Positions 1 through 10,100 of a stretch of 64,000 nt of DNA are shown one piece after another; positions within the stretch are counted from its first letter, which is position 1; every line of letters starts with the position of its first letter. Both the position numbers and the translations under genes were made by a program. The notes below the pieces were generated by a model. It was given only the letters and a program-made list of their open reading frames with translations. It was not told where the DNA came from and ran no database searches. This stretch comes from an archaeon. GTDB lineage: Archaea > SpSt-1190 > DYHY01. The DNA lies in NCBI GenBank assembly GCA_037442745.1, contig JBBIPP010000006.1, positions 734 through 64,733 of the forward strand, written 5' to 3'.

Positions 1-124
1 TTGTCGATACCCCTTTTGTTAGGGTAGGGAACCCTCCGAGGACTCCGACAACTGCCAGGGCAATTATTACAACAACTGCCAAAATTACCAGGTATTCCGT
101 GGACGATTGTCCGCTCTTTGCCAT
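1..124 (-). CDS. Type IV pilin (class III signal peptide), 5' part only; runs off window start
   Basis: Not in ORF track. Manual translation from ATG at 124 gives MAKSGQSSTEYLVILAVVVIIALAVVGVLGGFPTLTKGVST, a near copy of the N-terminus of 411..899. Confidence 0.9.
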   Translation of the reverse strand, partial: MAKSGQSSTEYLVILAVVVIIALAVVGVLGGFPTLTKGVST

Positions 125-139
125 AGGGAAGTTTAGCCC

Positions 140-162
140 TTTTCTGGTATATATTCTTTTAA
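140..162 (-). promoter_or_regulatory. Putative TATA/BRE promoter of the pilin starting at 124
   Basis: Minus strand AAAAGAATATATACC about 25-30 nt upstream of the ATG. A similar element (AATAGAATAAATAC) precedes the paralog at 899. Confidence 0.55.
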
Positions 163-271
163 CTGAATTGAGTTAATTTGTTGTCAAAAAAATACAACAA
201 AAAGGGAGTTTCATTAAAATAGAAAGTCCCTGCCAAAAATGAGAAAATTGGCTCCTCCTGAAAGAATAAGG

Positions 272-304
272 AAAAAAAAGTCCGGGCAATTTTTCCGCCC
301 GGAC
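272..304 (-). terminator. Hairpin plus T8 tract downstream of pilin 411..899
   Basis: Perfect 8-bp inverted repeat GTCCGGGC (280-287)/GCCCGGAC (297-304), followed on the minus strand by T8 (272-279). Confidence 0.6.
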
Positions 305-410
305 GCTGGGAGCAATTAACTAACCTGGCTGGCAGGCCGAGTCCGGGAATGAGATTTGCCCGGATTCCTAAGGGAGCCGAGGCTTTTGCCAAAGTCAGTA
401 GTCGGCAGAT

Positions 411-899
411 TTACTGGCAGGTGCCCACCAAAGGCTTGGCTCCTGTGAACTGATACTGGTTAGACAGGCTCGAAGTGTCGTAATAATTTATCCGGACAGT
501 TGGGGAGAATGTCGATGAGCCAGCAACCCCTCCGGTGCACGGGTTAGTTGCGTTTGCTGTAATTAAGACTGTTACTGTCTGGCCCGGGGAAAGCGTTGCC
601 GGGAGGTTTGAGTTCGTCCCGTTGTTTGCCGGCGCTCCGTTGAAAGCTACTGAAGTTATTGTTATTCCGAAATTCTGGTTGTTCCGGAGGACAATTGTGG
701 AGTCAGCGGAGGTTGAAAGATAAGGCTTTTCAATACCAATGTCTCCCGACTGCCAGTATGCGAGCGAGTCCTTTGTCGATACCCCTTTTGTTAGGGTAGG
801 GAACCCTCCGAGGACTCCGACAACTGCAAGAGCCACAATCACAACTACTGCAAGTATTATCAAATACTCTGTGGACGCCTGCCCTTTTTGCTTTGCCAT
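411..899 (-). CDS. Type IV pilin, probable major pilin
   Basis: KKG|QASTEY-type class III cleavage site (QKGQASTEY), E at +5, hydrophobic helix, beta-rich globular domain with Cys pair. Confidence 0.9.
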   Translation of the reverse strand: MAKQKGQASTEYLIILAVVVIVALAVVGVLGGFPTLTKGVSTKDSLAYWQSGDIGIEKPYLSTSADSTIVLRNNQNFGITITSVAFNGAPANNGTNSNLPATLSPGQTVTVLITANATNPCTGGVAGSSTFSPTVRINYYDTSSLSNQYQFTGAKPLVGTCQ

Positions 900-983
900 A
901 GGGGGCGTTTAGCCAAAACTTGTATTTATTCTATTTGATTTCGAGTTAAAAAGGGGCCAAATTCTTGTTCCTTGACTGCGCAT

Positions 984-2021
984 TCACGCAACAGTAAGGA
1001 ATGTGCGAAGAACATAATTCTGGACAAAATAGAAAACAGCAATTGACCCTCCGACAACAAATGGAGCGTATTTGAGCCCGCTCATCGGCTTTCCGTCCTG
1101 TATTACACCGACAAAAATTGCCGAGAGAATGCCGTTTGCGAAAATAACGAAATATGACACTTGGACAAGGAAGCTCCTCTCAATATTGATGTTTACCCCG
1201 AGGCCTCCGAGAGCGGCGGAGCCTGCGGCGGCAGTTCCTGTGCTTGCCTGAAGCGCTGAAACCATGTCAATGAACTGGAGTGAAATTGCGAGGAGAACGG
1301 GCGTCCCGACAGTAACAACGAAAAGGACGAACATTACATACATTTTGGTGCTGGAAATCAGCTCGTTTTTCAGCTCCTGGCCCTTCCTGATGTCCTCAGC
1401 AGTTGATTCCAACAGGCGGGCTAGCTTCCCTCCGCTCTTCAGGGATGCCGAGAAAAGGGAGACAACCCGTTCCAAGACTTCGGAGTCTATCCTCTTTGAA
1501 ATTTCCTTCAGGGCATCTGTAATGTTCTCCGTCCCGAGGGATTTGGTTGTCGCGTATTTTATCTCCTCTTCCAAAATCCCAAACTCCGGTCGGGCGGCAG
1601 TCCTTAGGGCAACGACCGGGGTTAGCCCGCTCCGGATGTTTGCCGCAACCATTTGGAGCTGGTCCGGGAGTATTTTCTCGACTCTCTTCTTCCTCTCCTC
1701 GGCCCGGGAATAGACTAGGACGTTTGAAAGAATTATTGATGTTATGAAAAAAGCCGGAAACGAGAGATAAACATAGATTTCCGGGAGGCGGAGGAGATAA
1801 ACGACAAGGAGGAAACCGAGGGAGCCGAAGAGGAGGGCTGAAAAGATGGAAACTCCCCACCAGTGCTGGGGGTTGTCTGTTAGCCCGGCATAGGAGAGCT
1901 CCTTTCTTGTCCTTTCCCTTATTGGCTTTGGTACGAGCCCGCCTAGGAGATAGAAAATTATTGATGCCCCGGAAAGGCTAGTCTTTCCTCCGCCAGCATC
2001 TCCTTTTGTTCTTTCCATCAC
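984..2021 (-). CDS. Type II secretion F / TadC-like pilus platform membrane protein
   Basis: LPDQLQMVAANIRSGLT...EFG...SLKSGGKLARLLE motif, several TM helices, next to ATPase. Confidence 0.88.
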   Translation of the reverse strand: MMERTKGDAGGGKTSLSGASIIFYLLGGLVPKPIRERTRKELSYAGLTDNPQHWWGVSIFSALLFGSLGFLLVVYLLRLPEIYVYLSFPAFFITSIILSNVLVYSRAEERKKRVEKILPDQLQMVAANIRSGLTPVVALRTAARPEFGILEEEIKYATTKSLGTENITDALKEISKRIDSEVLERVVSLFSASLKSGGKLARLLESTAEDIRKGQELKNELISSTKMYVMFVLFVVTVGTPVLLAISLQFIDMVSALQASTGTAAAGSAALGGLGVNINIERSFLVQVSYFVIFANGILSAIFVGVIQDGKPMSGLKYAPFVVGGSIAVFYFVQNYVLRTFLTVA

Positions 2022-2036
2022 TCCTTAATCCCCCGC

Positions 2037-2930
2037 TCAAATCATGTGGACTGTCGGTCTTCTTACCTTAATGAAGCCTATTATCACTACTTCAACGAAC
2101 ACGCATGCCCCAATCGTTGTTATGAAGAGCGCCTCGTTTATCTCGACTCCCGCAAAGGTCGACATTATTATCATAATTGTTGTCCCGAGGCCGGGGACTG
2201 CGACCGCGAAAATCATGTAAATCATTGACCAGAGATTGAGCTCCTGTGTGTATGTCTTTATCTGTTCTCGCTGGTTCTTCTCAAGGACAATAAGAACGCT
2301 TTCAAGCGCCTTTTGCGCCCCGCTTCCGGAGCGTATTGCAGTTATTATTTGCCAGAGGGATTTCTTGAGAAAGTCGGATTCTGTCCTCATTGCCAATTTC
2401 TCAAGCGCCCGGTCCTCAGGCATACCTGCGTTAATGTCCTGGACAACTGCCCTGAACTCGGAGGAGACTGAGCCATAGTCAGCCCTGCTGATGTTAACAA
2501 TCCCGTCGAAAAGGGAGACTCCGGAATCAATCTGGAGGAGGAGGTCCTTTAGGGCGAATACAAGGTCTTTATCGAGCCTCTCCGCCGACTTTTTCAGGAG
2601 AATTCTCGGATAATAGAGGAAAAAGCCAATTAGGGAAACGAATATTATTGTTGTCGGAATTGCGGTTATTTTCACATAGTCGAGGGGGTTGCCGAACATC
2701 CCCCTGTAATGGCCGACTGCGGAAACTAGGCCGAAAATCATTAGGGAAAAAAACAAGGTGTTAATTATTGCCGCGCTGATGTATTCGCCGGGTTCGAAGG
2801 AGTTCTCTTCCAGGTCGTATTTGACGCTCGGGAAAGTTTCGGCCAAGGCATACGAAATCCCGATAACCGGCCTCATTATTCTCGCGCAGGTCTTCTGCTT
2901 CAGTATGAAGAAAACAGGGTCTTCCGCCAT
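2037..2930 (-). CDS. Type II secretion F / TadB-C-like pilus platform membrane protein
   Basis: LVFALKDLLLQIDSGVSLFDGI...YGSVSSEF...ALEKLA motif, TM helices. Confidence 0.88.
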   Translation of the reverse strand: MAEDPVFFILKQKTCARIMRPVIGISYALAETFPSVKYDLEENSFEPGEYISAAIINTLFFSLMIFGLVSAVGHYRGMFGNPLDYVKITAIPTTIIFVSLIGFFLYYPRILLKKSAERLDKDLVFALKDLLLQIDSGVSLFDGIVNISRADYGSVSSEFRAVVQDINAGMPEDRALEKLAMRTESDFLKKSLWQIITAIRSGSGAQKALESVLIVLEKNQREQIKTYTQELNLWSMIYMIFAVAVPGLGTTIMIIMSTFAGVEINEALFITTIGACVFVEVVIIGFIKVRRPTVHMI

Positions 2931-2931
2931 C

Positions 2932-4896
2932 CTACCTGTCGCCTCCGGCAGGGGAAGGCCGGATTGTTCCTAGGGAGGAATTGACCCCGGAAAGTTCGCC
3001 TCCGCCCCTCGCAATTTCAAGCAGCTCCTTTGGGTTCTTGTAGTAGAGGCCCATTACTGCCGCGACATCGGGGACTGAATTTATCCCCTTGGAATCCATC
3101 CATGCGAGTATTTCCTGCCTGTTCTTCAGGTCTTCCTTAAGTTCCGAGATTGAGAGGCCTGTGTGGAGGGAGAGGTCGGATATCAGGCGGGTGCTCTCCT
3201 CCTTTGCCTCGAAAACATCTCCTCGCGCCCTCCAGCGGTATAAGACATTTATTGAAAGGGCCTCTCCCCTTGAGGATGCGGGTATTACTTCGGCAATCTC
3301 ATATGTCCTGCGAAGGCCAGTTCTCCTGTCCCGGTATTGCACGACAATCAGGTGGAGCGCTTCCAGTTCAGCCGGCGGTATTGAAAAAGGCGCTTCAGTA
3401 AGGCGCCTTATCACTTGGTTGGCATTGTCAGCGTGGAGCGTCGCATATACGGCATGGCCGGTATGCATTGCCTCAAACATTACTTCGGCTTCCCTCTGCC
3501 TTCTCACTTCCCCGAGGAAAATCCTGTCAGGCCTCATTCTCAACGATGCGACAAGCAAGTCCAGCATTGAGACCTCCCCTTTTCCCTCGGGGTTCTCTCC
3601 CCTTGTTGTGAGCGGAATCCAGTTCCAGCTGAGATAATTTGGAAGTGTGAGTTCACGCGTGTCCTCAATTGTTATCACCCGGTTTGTCGGGGGAATCATT
3701 CCGCAAAGGGTGTTCAGAGCGCTTGTTTTTCCGGTTGCAGTCCCACCGGCAATCAGAATGTTCATTTCATATTGTATTGCCTGCCAGAGGAAAGCAGCCA
3801 TCTCGAGGGAAAGGGTTTTTCCTGAAATGAAGTTCGCAATTGTCCAAGGGTTCCTAGAAAAGCGCCGAATTGTTATTGTGTTTCCTGAAGTCGAGATTGG
3901 GAAAAGGGTTGCCGATACGCGGTCGCCGGTAGTAAGAGAAGCATCCATTATCGGGTTAAGATTGGTAATGTCCCGCCCGCTTTTCCGCCCTATCTGGGAA
4001 GCATAGTTATAGACTTCCGTCTCCGATTTCAGGACAATTGTTGTTTTCAGCCAGCCGTATTTCCGGTGATAGACTCCGACGGGGGAATTCGCCCCGTTAA
4101 TTCCCACTTCCTCAAGATAGTCATCGGCGAGTATTATTTCCAAGTCCCCTAAGCCGTACATCCTGTGTAGGAGGGTTCCTGCGAGTATTTTCTTGAATTC
4201 TTCTGAAATTTCCGGGAATTCCGTCCTTACCCTCGAATATGCTTCAGAGTAGAATTTCTCCTTCAAGCCCTCAAGCTTCTTCGGGTCAGTTATTTCATCT
4301 ACTTGGACCGGGCTCTCCCGTGCAAGCTCGTCCCGAAGGAACTCGAGGAAAACGTTTGTATATGGCCCTATCTGCGGAGTCTCTACCCAGTAGATTGGCC
4401 TGATTTCGCCCGGAGCCTCGAGGATTGTGACAGTTGCCGGGACGCCTGACGCCACAATTGAATAGCTGTCTATAGGGTTCCCGGACATTTCAGCCTTCTT
4501 CTTTTTTTCCAGATCAGAGAGAAGCAGGACGCGTATTTTCGAGAACACTCCTGTTGGATAAATCACCTCGACAACGTTCTTCTCCTGGAGTATTTTCCCT
4601 ATTCGCTCAAGCTTTCCTGAATCTACTTTCAGCTTTTCTGCGACCCTCTCAAGGTCGTCCGTGAAATCCCTGATGAATGAGAGTCCCCTTGCGAATTCGT
4701 CTATTTTCGTCTCAATTATCGGAATCCTAGAAGGTATTCTTTTCAGGCTCTCAATTACCTCTTTTTCGGCAAGAGCCTTCTTCGCCCGCTCCTCCTCAAG
4801 GAAAGGGGAATGGACTTGGCTCCTGATGTCTGCGAGAAAGTCCAAACTCCTGCCCTCCCCGTCCGGCCGGCCCTTGTCCCTTCTTTCCTGCCCCAT
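2932..4896 (-). CDS. Type IV pilus assembly ATPase (VirB11/CpaF family)
   Basis: Walker A GGTATGKTS, TIEDTREL, LRMRPDRIFLGEVR, TGH...TLHA. Confidence 0.95.
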   Translation of the reverse strand: MGQERRDKGRPDGEGRSLDFLADIRSQVHSPFLEEERAKKALAEKEVIESLKRIPSRIPIIETKIDEFARGLSFIRDFTDDLERVAEKLKVDSGKLERIGKILQEKNVVEVIYPTGVFSKIRVLLLSDLEKKKKAEMSGNPIDSYSIVASGVPATVTILEAPGEIRPIYWVETPQIGPYTNVFLEFLRDELARESPVQVDEITDPKKLEGLKEKFYSEAYSRVRTEFPEISEEFKKILAGTLLHRMYGLGDLEIILADDYLEEVGINGANSPVGVYHRKYGWLKTTIVLKSETEVYNYASQIGRKSGRDITNLNPIMDASLTTGDRVSATLFPISTSGNTITIRRFSRNPWTIANFISGKTLSLEMAAFLWQAIQYEMNILIAGGTATGKTSALNTLCGMIPPTNRVITIEDTRELTLPNYLSWNWIPLTTRGENPEGKGEVSMLDLLVASLRMRPDRIFLGEVRRQREAEVMFEAMHTGHAVYATLHADNANQVIRRLTEAPFSIPPAELEALHLIVVQYRDRRTGLRRTYEIAEVIPASSRGEALSINVLYRWRARGDVFEAKEESTRLISDLSLHTGLSISELKEDLKNRQEILAWMDSKGINSVPDVAAVMGLYYKNPKELLEIARGGGELSGVNSSLGTIRPSPAGGDR

Positions 4897-4923
4897 TTTT
4901 CTCTTGCCTCCTGCCCCCTTAAT

Positions 4924-5799
4924 TTATATTTTTGTAATTGGAAATGACGTGAAATTCGACCTAAAGCCGGATATGTTGAGCCTTCCGGGAAAGGAGAACT
5001 CTGCAGGGAGGTTTGTCGGGATTCTTGCGCTTTCAATTAGAGTCAGTCTGGCCGAGCCCTTTGCCGATACCGAAAAGAACAGGGACGATACGTTTATTGA
5101 GGCGGTCTCTGGGCTGGAACTGTTCAGGCGCAAAACGTTCGTCGCAGAATTTAGAAGACAGCCTGATGAGCAACCACCGGGGAGTATCTCCGAGCCAGTG
5201 GAATTCCTGACATCTAGCTCTAAGAAGAACTCCCCCGCAGGGCAGACGGCAGAGCAGGACTGCCACGTCCATCCGGAGGAATCGAATTCAGCCCCGTCTG
5301 AAAAGCGCGCATGAATCCTTCCGGAAGAAATTTCCGAGGCGAAGGAATAGTTTGATGCGCTCTTTGAGAGGGAAAGAAAGGAATAGTTCGCGGCAGAAGA
5401 AACAGCCATTGGGTTTGACGAGAATTCCGAGAGGTCAAGGGTAGCGTTAATGTTCGTTTTCGGAAGGAATTTGTCTGAGAAAAACGCCGAATATTTCGAT
5501 AGGTCGGAATCGACCGAATACAGGGAAGTTGAAATGTTCAATGTAAGGTTCCCGTCGCTGTCCCTTGAGCCAGAAATCGAGAGGTTCATGAAATCGGCCA
5601 GGTTCTTCCCAATGTTCTCGGAGAGCGCCCCCTCACGAAGTGTTCTTGATGCCGAGGCTCTGGCGGACTGGATGTCCCGCATGCTTGAGGACGCGAGAAT
5701 TACTGACGAGAGGAGGATTGCGAACAGGAGGAAGAATGCTATTGAGAACACAATCCCCGCCCGCCCTTGCCTTCCGGGAGAATAGAGTCGGCAAATCAT
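4924..5799 (-). CDS. Pilin-like accessory protein
   Basis: Basic leader (GRAG) followed by hydrophobic helix. Overlapping stop/start inside the pilus operon. Confidence 0.6.
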   Translation of the reverse strand: MICRLYSPGRQGRAGIVFSIAFFLLFAILLSSVILASSSMRDIQSARASASRTLREGALSENIGKNLADFMNLSISGSRDSDGNLTLNISTSLYSVDSDLSKYSAFFSDKFLPKTNINATLDLSEFSSNPMAVSSAANYSFLSLSKSASNYSFASEISSGRIHARFSDGAEFDSSGWTWQSCSAVCPAGEFFLELDVRNSTGSEILPGGCSSGCLLNSATNVLRLNSSSPETASINVSSLFFSVSAKGSARLTLIESARIPTNLPAEFSFPGRLNISGFRSNFTSFPITKI

Positions 5800-6212
5800 T
5801 TCAGGCAGAACCTCCCTTCAGCCGTCGAGTATATTTTCGATGTGGCGTTCTCGAGCACAATTGCCCTCCGGGAATAGGAAACTTCCCTGCACGAGCACCC
5901 GCCCTTCTTGGCGGAGGCAATTGTCCGGCCGTCCTCCCTCACAAGGCTTATCTCCCAGCAAAGCGCTGGCGGGGAAAGTTCCAATTCGGAATATATTGCC
6001 GATGTGTTTGAAATTGCCCGAAGAAAGGTTCCCCTGTTGTCAAGGGTTGTTAGAATTGCGTCCCCGGCCTCGGATATTGGGTTTCGCGTCTCTGATGACG
6101 CCGAGACAAGCCTTGAGAGGGATGAGAATATTGAGAAAATTATTGCCCCTGCAATCAAAAGGGCTATCAGTGCGTCAATTGTGAAGAAAATCGCGCGCCT
6201 AGCCCTCTTCAT
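5796..6212 (-). CDS. Minor pilin-like protein
   Basis: MKRARRA|IFFTIDALIALL class III-like signal. Start moved to ATG 6212. Confidence 0.75.
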   Translation of the reverse strand: MKRARRAIFFTIDALIALLIAGAIIFSIFSSLSRLVSASSETRNPISEAGDAILTTLDNRGTFLRAISNTSAIYSELELSPPALCWEISLVREDGRTIASAKKGGCSCREVSYSRRAIVLENATSKIYSTAEGRFCLK

Positions 6213-6216
6213 TCCT

Positions 6217-6756
6217 TCAGCCCCCCTCCAAAACATTCATCCACAAGTTGAGGCTAATTAACGCCGACTCTCCGTCCAGCACTGCGAATGAATTGGAAAT
6301 TGACGAGGGTTTGTTCGAATCGGTTTTTCGTAGGCCCGCGATGGGCGCGGTTGTCCCGTTCGCATATTTGACGGACAACTCGAATTCGTATCCGGGCTTG
6401 GAAATTCCAAGCAGACTCTTTATTGTTGAATAGTTGCTTGAGTTCAGCTCCTCTAGGCGCGCCAGTTTCCCTGAATCGACTAGAAAGCGTGAGGATGCCA
6501 TTCCTATTGAGAAAATACGGGAAACGTTTTCCTCCAGCGTCCAGTTGGATGGGCTCCCTCCGGTTGTGAGAAGCGTCTGGAGGGCGCGCCGTGAATCGGC
6601 TGAAAGGGAGTTCTCAATTGACGCCTCTTCAATTCGCGAGGTTACTTTGGAATTTATCAGGAGGAAAGCCCCTATAAGGGCTGAGAAAGCGAGCATTGCG
6701 AAAACTAGGTCAATTGAGAAGAGCTGGGCCATTCTACTGCGATACAATGACAACAC
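6217..6756 (-). CDS. Minor pilin-like protein
   Basis: RSRMA|QLFSIDLVFAML class III-like signal, followed by conserved-looking GSPSNW motif. Confidence 0.75.
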   Translation of the reverse strand: MLSLYRSRMAQLFSIDLVFAMLAFSALIGAFLLINSKVTSRIEEASIENSLSADSRRALQTLLTTGGSPSNWTLEENVSRIFSIGMASSRFLVDSGKLARLEELNSSNYSTIKSLLGISKPGYEFELSVKYANGTTAPIAGLRKTDSNKPSSISNSFAVLDGESALISLNLWMNVLEGG

Positions 6757-7153
6757 CTCCCCCGATGTTCGTGAAATTCAGAAAAGAGTTGCGAAAAAAC
6801 CCTGTCGCATTCCCTGTCAAGTTGATGTTCGAGAAAATCAGCGGGCTCTCGGAGAAGCCTCCAGACCAGTTGACTTCAACCCTGTTCCCTGCGAACCTTA
6901 TTGTATAGTTCTCTCCAGAAGGCATCACCTCCTTCAGCCACACTGCTGAGCGCGCGCCAGCTCCCGCGGAATAGACGGCGTTCGCCGATGAAGCAATTTC
7001 CTCGGATATTTTCTCCGCTTCAACCCGCCCGGCAGTCCTGTTAAAGTCGCCAGCTTTCCCGATGTAGATTCCCATTAGAACTGTGAAGAGGAGGAGAATC
7101 ATGCCCCATGAGAGAAGGAATTCGATGCTTGATTGGGCGCTCCTATTTCCCAT
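6734..7153 (-). CDS. Minor pilin (class III signal peptide)
   Basis: NRSA|QSSIEFLL followed by hydrophobic helix. Confidence 0.8.
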   Translation of the reverse strand: MGNRSAQSSIEFLLSWGMILLLFTVLMGIYIGKAGDFNRTAGRVEAEKISEEIASSANAVYSAGAGARSAVWLKEVMPSGENYTIRFAGNRVEVNWSGGFSESPLIFSNINLTGNATGFFRNSFLNFTNIGGGVVIVSQ

Positions 7154-7155
7154 TG

Positions 7156-10100
7156 CTAAACCACCAAAAAGCCCTCGCGCTTGGAAACAGTTGTTCCGCC
7201 TGAGGAGTTTGCGAGTATTTCGATGTAATTTCCTTCAGGGGAAAAGCCGGAGAGGGGATATGTTATGTTATATCTCCCGCTTCCGCGGTCGGTGACGTTT
7301 CCTACTAGTATCTTGGTTGAATTAATGAAAACGCTCATGTTCTCCTCATTGGCAAGGGAAGGCACCCCCTCCCCGTAAAGGTTGTATATTGTGAAATTCG
7401 CTGTGAGGTTCTCGGAAGAATAGTATGTGGATGAGTTGAGGAAGAGGTCTATTCTCCAGATGTTCGGGTTTCCTGTGGAGGATACGAAAGTTCTTTTCCC
7501 AATAACCCCGCTTGACGTTGCCTTGAGCCACCATTTTCCTCTCGCAGGGGAATACGGGAGGAGGAAGTTTCCGCAATAGCTACCAGAGGGAAGGCTAGTG
7601 TCCGGGATGTTTTGCGTTGTCTGTATTTGGAGAGTCGGGGAAAGGAGACGCATTGTCAGGTCGGCCGATATCGGGTCGTCTGTCGAGTTGAACAGCAGAG
7701 TCCTGTAGTAGACAGTCCCGCAGGATGAGACGGATGGTTTTTCGGAAGTTGCTGACGGGTCGTATATTGTTAGTGAAAGCGCAGGGGTGACGTTCCAGTT
7801 GCCGGATGTGTCGTTATACCACACCTGCCAATAGAGGTCTCCCGAGAAGGATGCATTCATCCAAGTGAAATTCGACCATGTCCAGATGCCGGAAGAGCCT
7901 AGATGGATTGGGTCATAGGAAAGCGTATAGTTGAACCAGCTTCCGCTCTCGTTCGTTGAAAGTACCGCATAGTCGAGGGCCAAGTCATATCCTTGGGAGG
8001 ACAGAAGGAGGGCATCCCCGAGATATCCCCTCGAGGAGTTGATCCCTTGGTTCGCAACCGATGGAATTGAAGAATCGACCAATATTATTGAGAAAGGAGC
8101 GGTGACGTTCCAGTTGCCTTCAGTGTCGTTCGCCCAGACCCTGAATACAACCTCAGTTCCCGCAGGGAGGACTGAATTCGACCAGGAAAAGTTCGCCCAG
8201 GCGGGATTTCCGAAAAAAAACATTGAGGAATAGTTGGCTGCTGTCCCGCTCTCGTTAGTCTCGAGCTTCGCTGACGAGAGCTGGTAGTTGTCGCTCCAAT
8301 AAGAGTATATTGCTATTGTCTCTCCCATGTCAGGGTTAGGCTTGTTTGTTCCCTGTTCCAATGGGGAGGGTTCAAGATTATCGACAAGCCGGAAGGTCGA
8401 GTAAGGAGTAGCGTTCCAGTTGTCCCCGGAATCGTTCGCCCAGACCCTCCAGCGGATTGTCATTCCAATAGGACTTGAGGCGTTCAGCCAGGTAAAGTTC
8501 GACCATGTGTTGACTCCTGACAGGTAATATGGCGAGCCGTAGTCTCCTGCAGTCTGGTTCCTGTATGTCCCGCTCTCGTTAGTCTCGAGTATTCCGTATC
8601 CGAGGCCAATGTTGTCCTGCCACCTTGCTCCTAAAAACACCTCTTGCCCGAATGTCGCCTCCCCGCCGGTTGAGTTGTCAACGACTTCGTAATACTTGGG
8701 CGGAACAAGGTCAACTCCCGAGAAGACCGTGAACGCCTTGTATGGCGTGGCGTTCCAGTTGCCCTTTGAGTCGTTCGCCCAGATTCTCCAAGAAACCTGG
8801 ATGTCTTTCTGAACTGACGCGTTCCTCCAGGTGAAATTCGACCAGTCCGCCGTCCCGTTTATTTTCATTGGGGAGGAATAGTTCATTGTTTTGTTCTGGT
8901 ATGTTCCGGTCTCGTTCGTCTCAAGGATTGCATAAGACAGGTTGAAGTTCTCGGACCAGTATGCCATTAGGAGTATTGTTTCTCCTACAATTGGCGCCGA
9001 ATTGTTGTCCCCATAGTCGGAATATTTGGGAGAGGTTGTGTCCCTGACATTGAATGTCTGCACGCCGGTTGCAGCCCAGTTCCCAGACGTGTCGTTCGCC
9101 CAGACCCTCCAGCGGATTGTGTTATCAGGATATGTTGAGGAATTGAGCCATGTGTAGTTCGCCCACTCCGGGTTTAAGACTAATTCGGACGAGGAATAAT
9201 TGAGAATCGAGCCTGTCTCGTTCGTCTCAAGGAAATTGGCGGAGAGGCCAGCGTCATCAGTCCAATAGGACGAGAGAAGGATTGCCTCTCCGTATTCGAG
9301 GGTCGAAACATTCGAGGAGACTGCTGTCGGGATTGGCGGGCTAGCGTCAGCGACAAATACTGGGTCTGCGCTGAAGTTCGCTCCCTCAACGAAACCGTCC
9401 AAGGGATCAACTCTGCAATACCAGGATTCCCCGACAGAGAGGTTTCCGGAGAGGACTGTCGAGGCAAGGGAGTTCGTGTTGTTCTGCAGTTGGGAGACTT
9501 GGAAGAGAGCGGTCTGGTTTATCCCGCTCTTAAACCAGCTGACCCTTGCAGTTATTGGGGAATAGAAATCATCAGTGAGGGTCGCATAGCAGAGGAGGTC
9601 TGATGCAGTGGATGGCGTGGGGGGCTCGACATTTACGGAGACGGCGGAAGGGGGGTAATTTACGAAGAAGGGCTTGCCGTTAGTTCCGGAGGTCTCAGTA
9701 ATGTTAGAGCATTCGCCGGTTGTCGAATCGCATGCGAACGCGAACCATGTGTGGTTTCCGGGAAAGAGGCCGGTTGTGTCGAACTCGCAGTCCGAAATCC
9801 CCCCGCTTGGGGCGTCCTCTCCCGAGCAGTACGCCTTCTGGTGGCTCTCGCAGGCGCCGTACCGGACGTCCGGATTCCCGCAGACAACAAGATTCCAGCT
9901 GTTACCTTTCTTCGTTTTGGCGGTCCCGGTGAATGTGACGTTCGTTCCTGCAGTTGTTGGGGAGGAGTGGTCGCTTCCCGAGTCTGAGGGGCCAGTTATG
10001 AAATAGGGGGAATCGTCAACAGCATTCCTGAATTTCTGGACATATGCCGCGACCCCTGCAGAAAACCACGAGGATGCGTTGCAGGCGGAGGTTCCGGAGC

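Noticed and set aside
330-400. c-di-GMP riboswitch-like GGCAAAAGCC on the minus strand
   Set aside because: Only a short match, the P1/P2 architecture is missing, and it lies in a 3' region
7770-9370. Repeats as a diversity-generating retroelement TR/VR pair
   Set aside because: All copies are in-frame domains of one protein, I saw no adenine-specific mismatch pattern, and no reverse transcriptase is in the window
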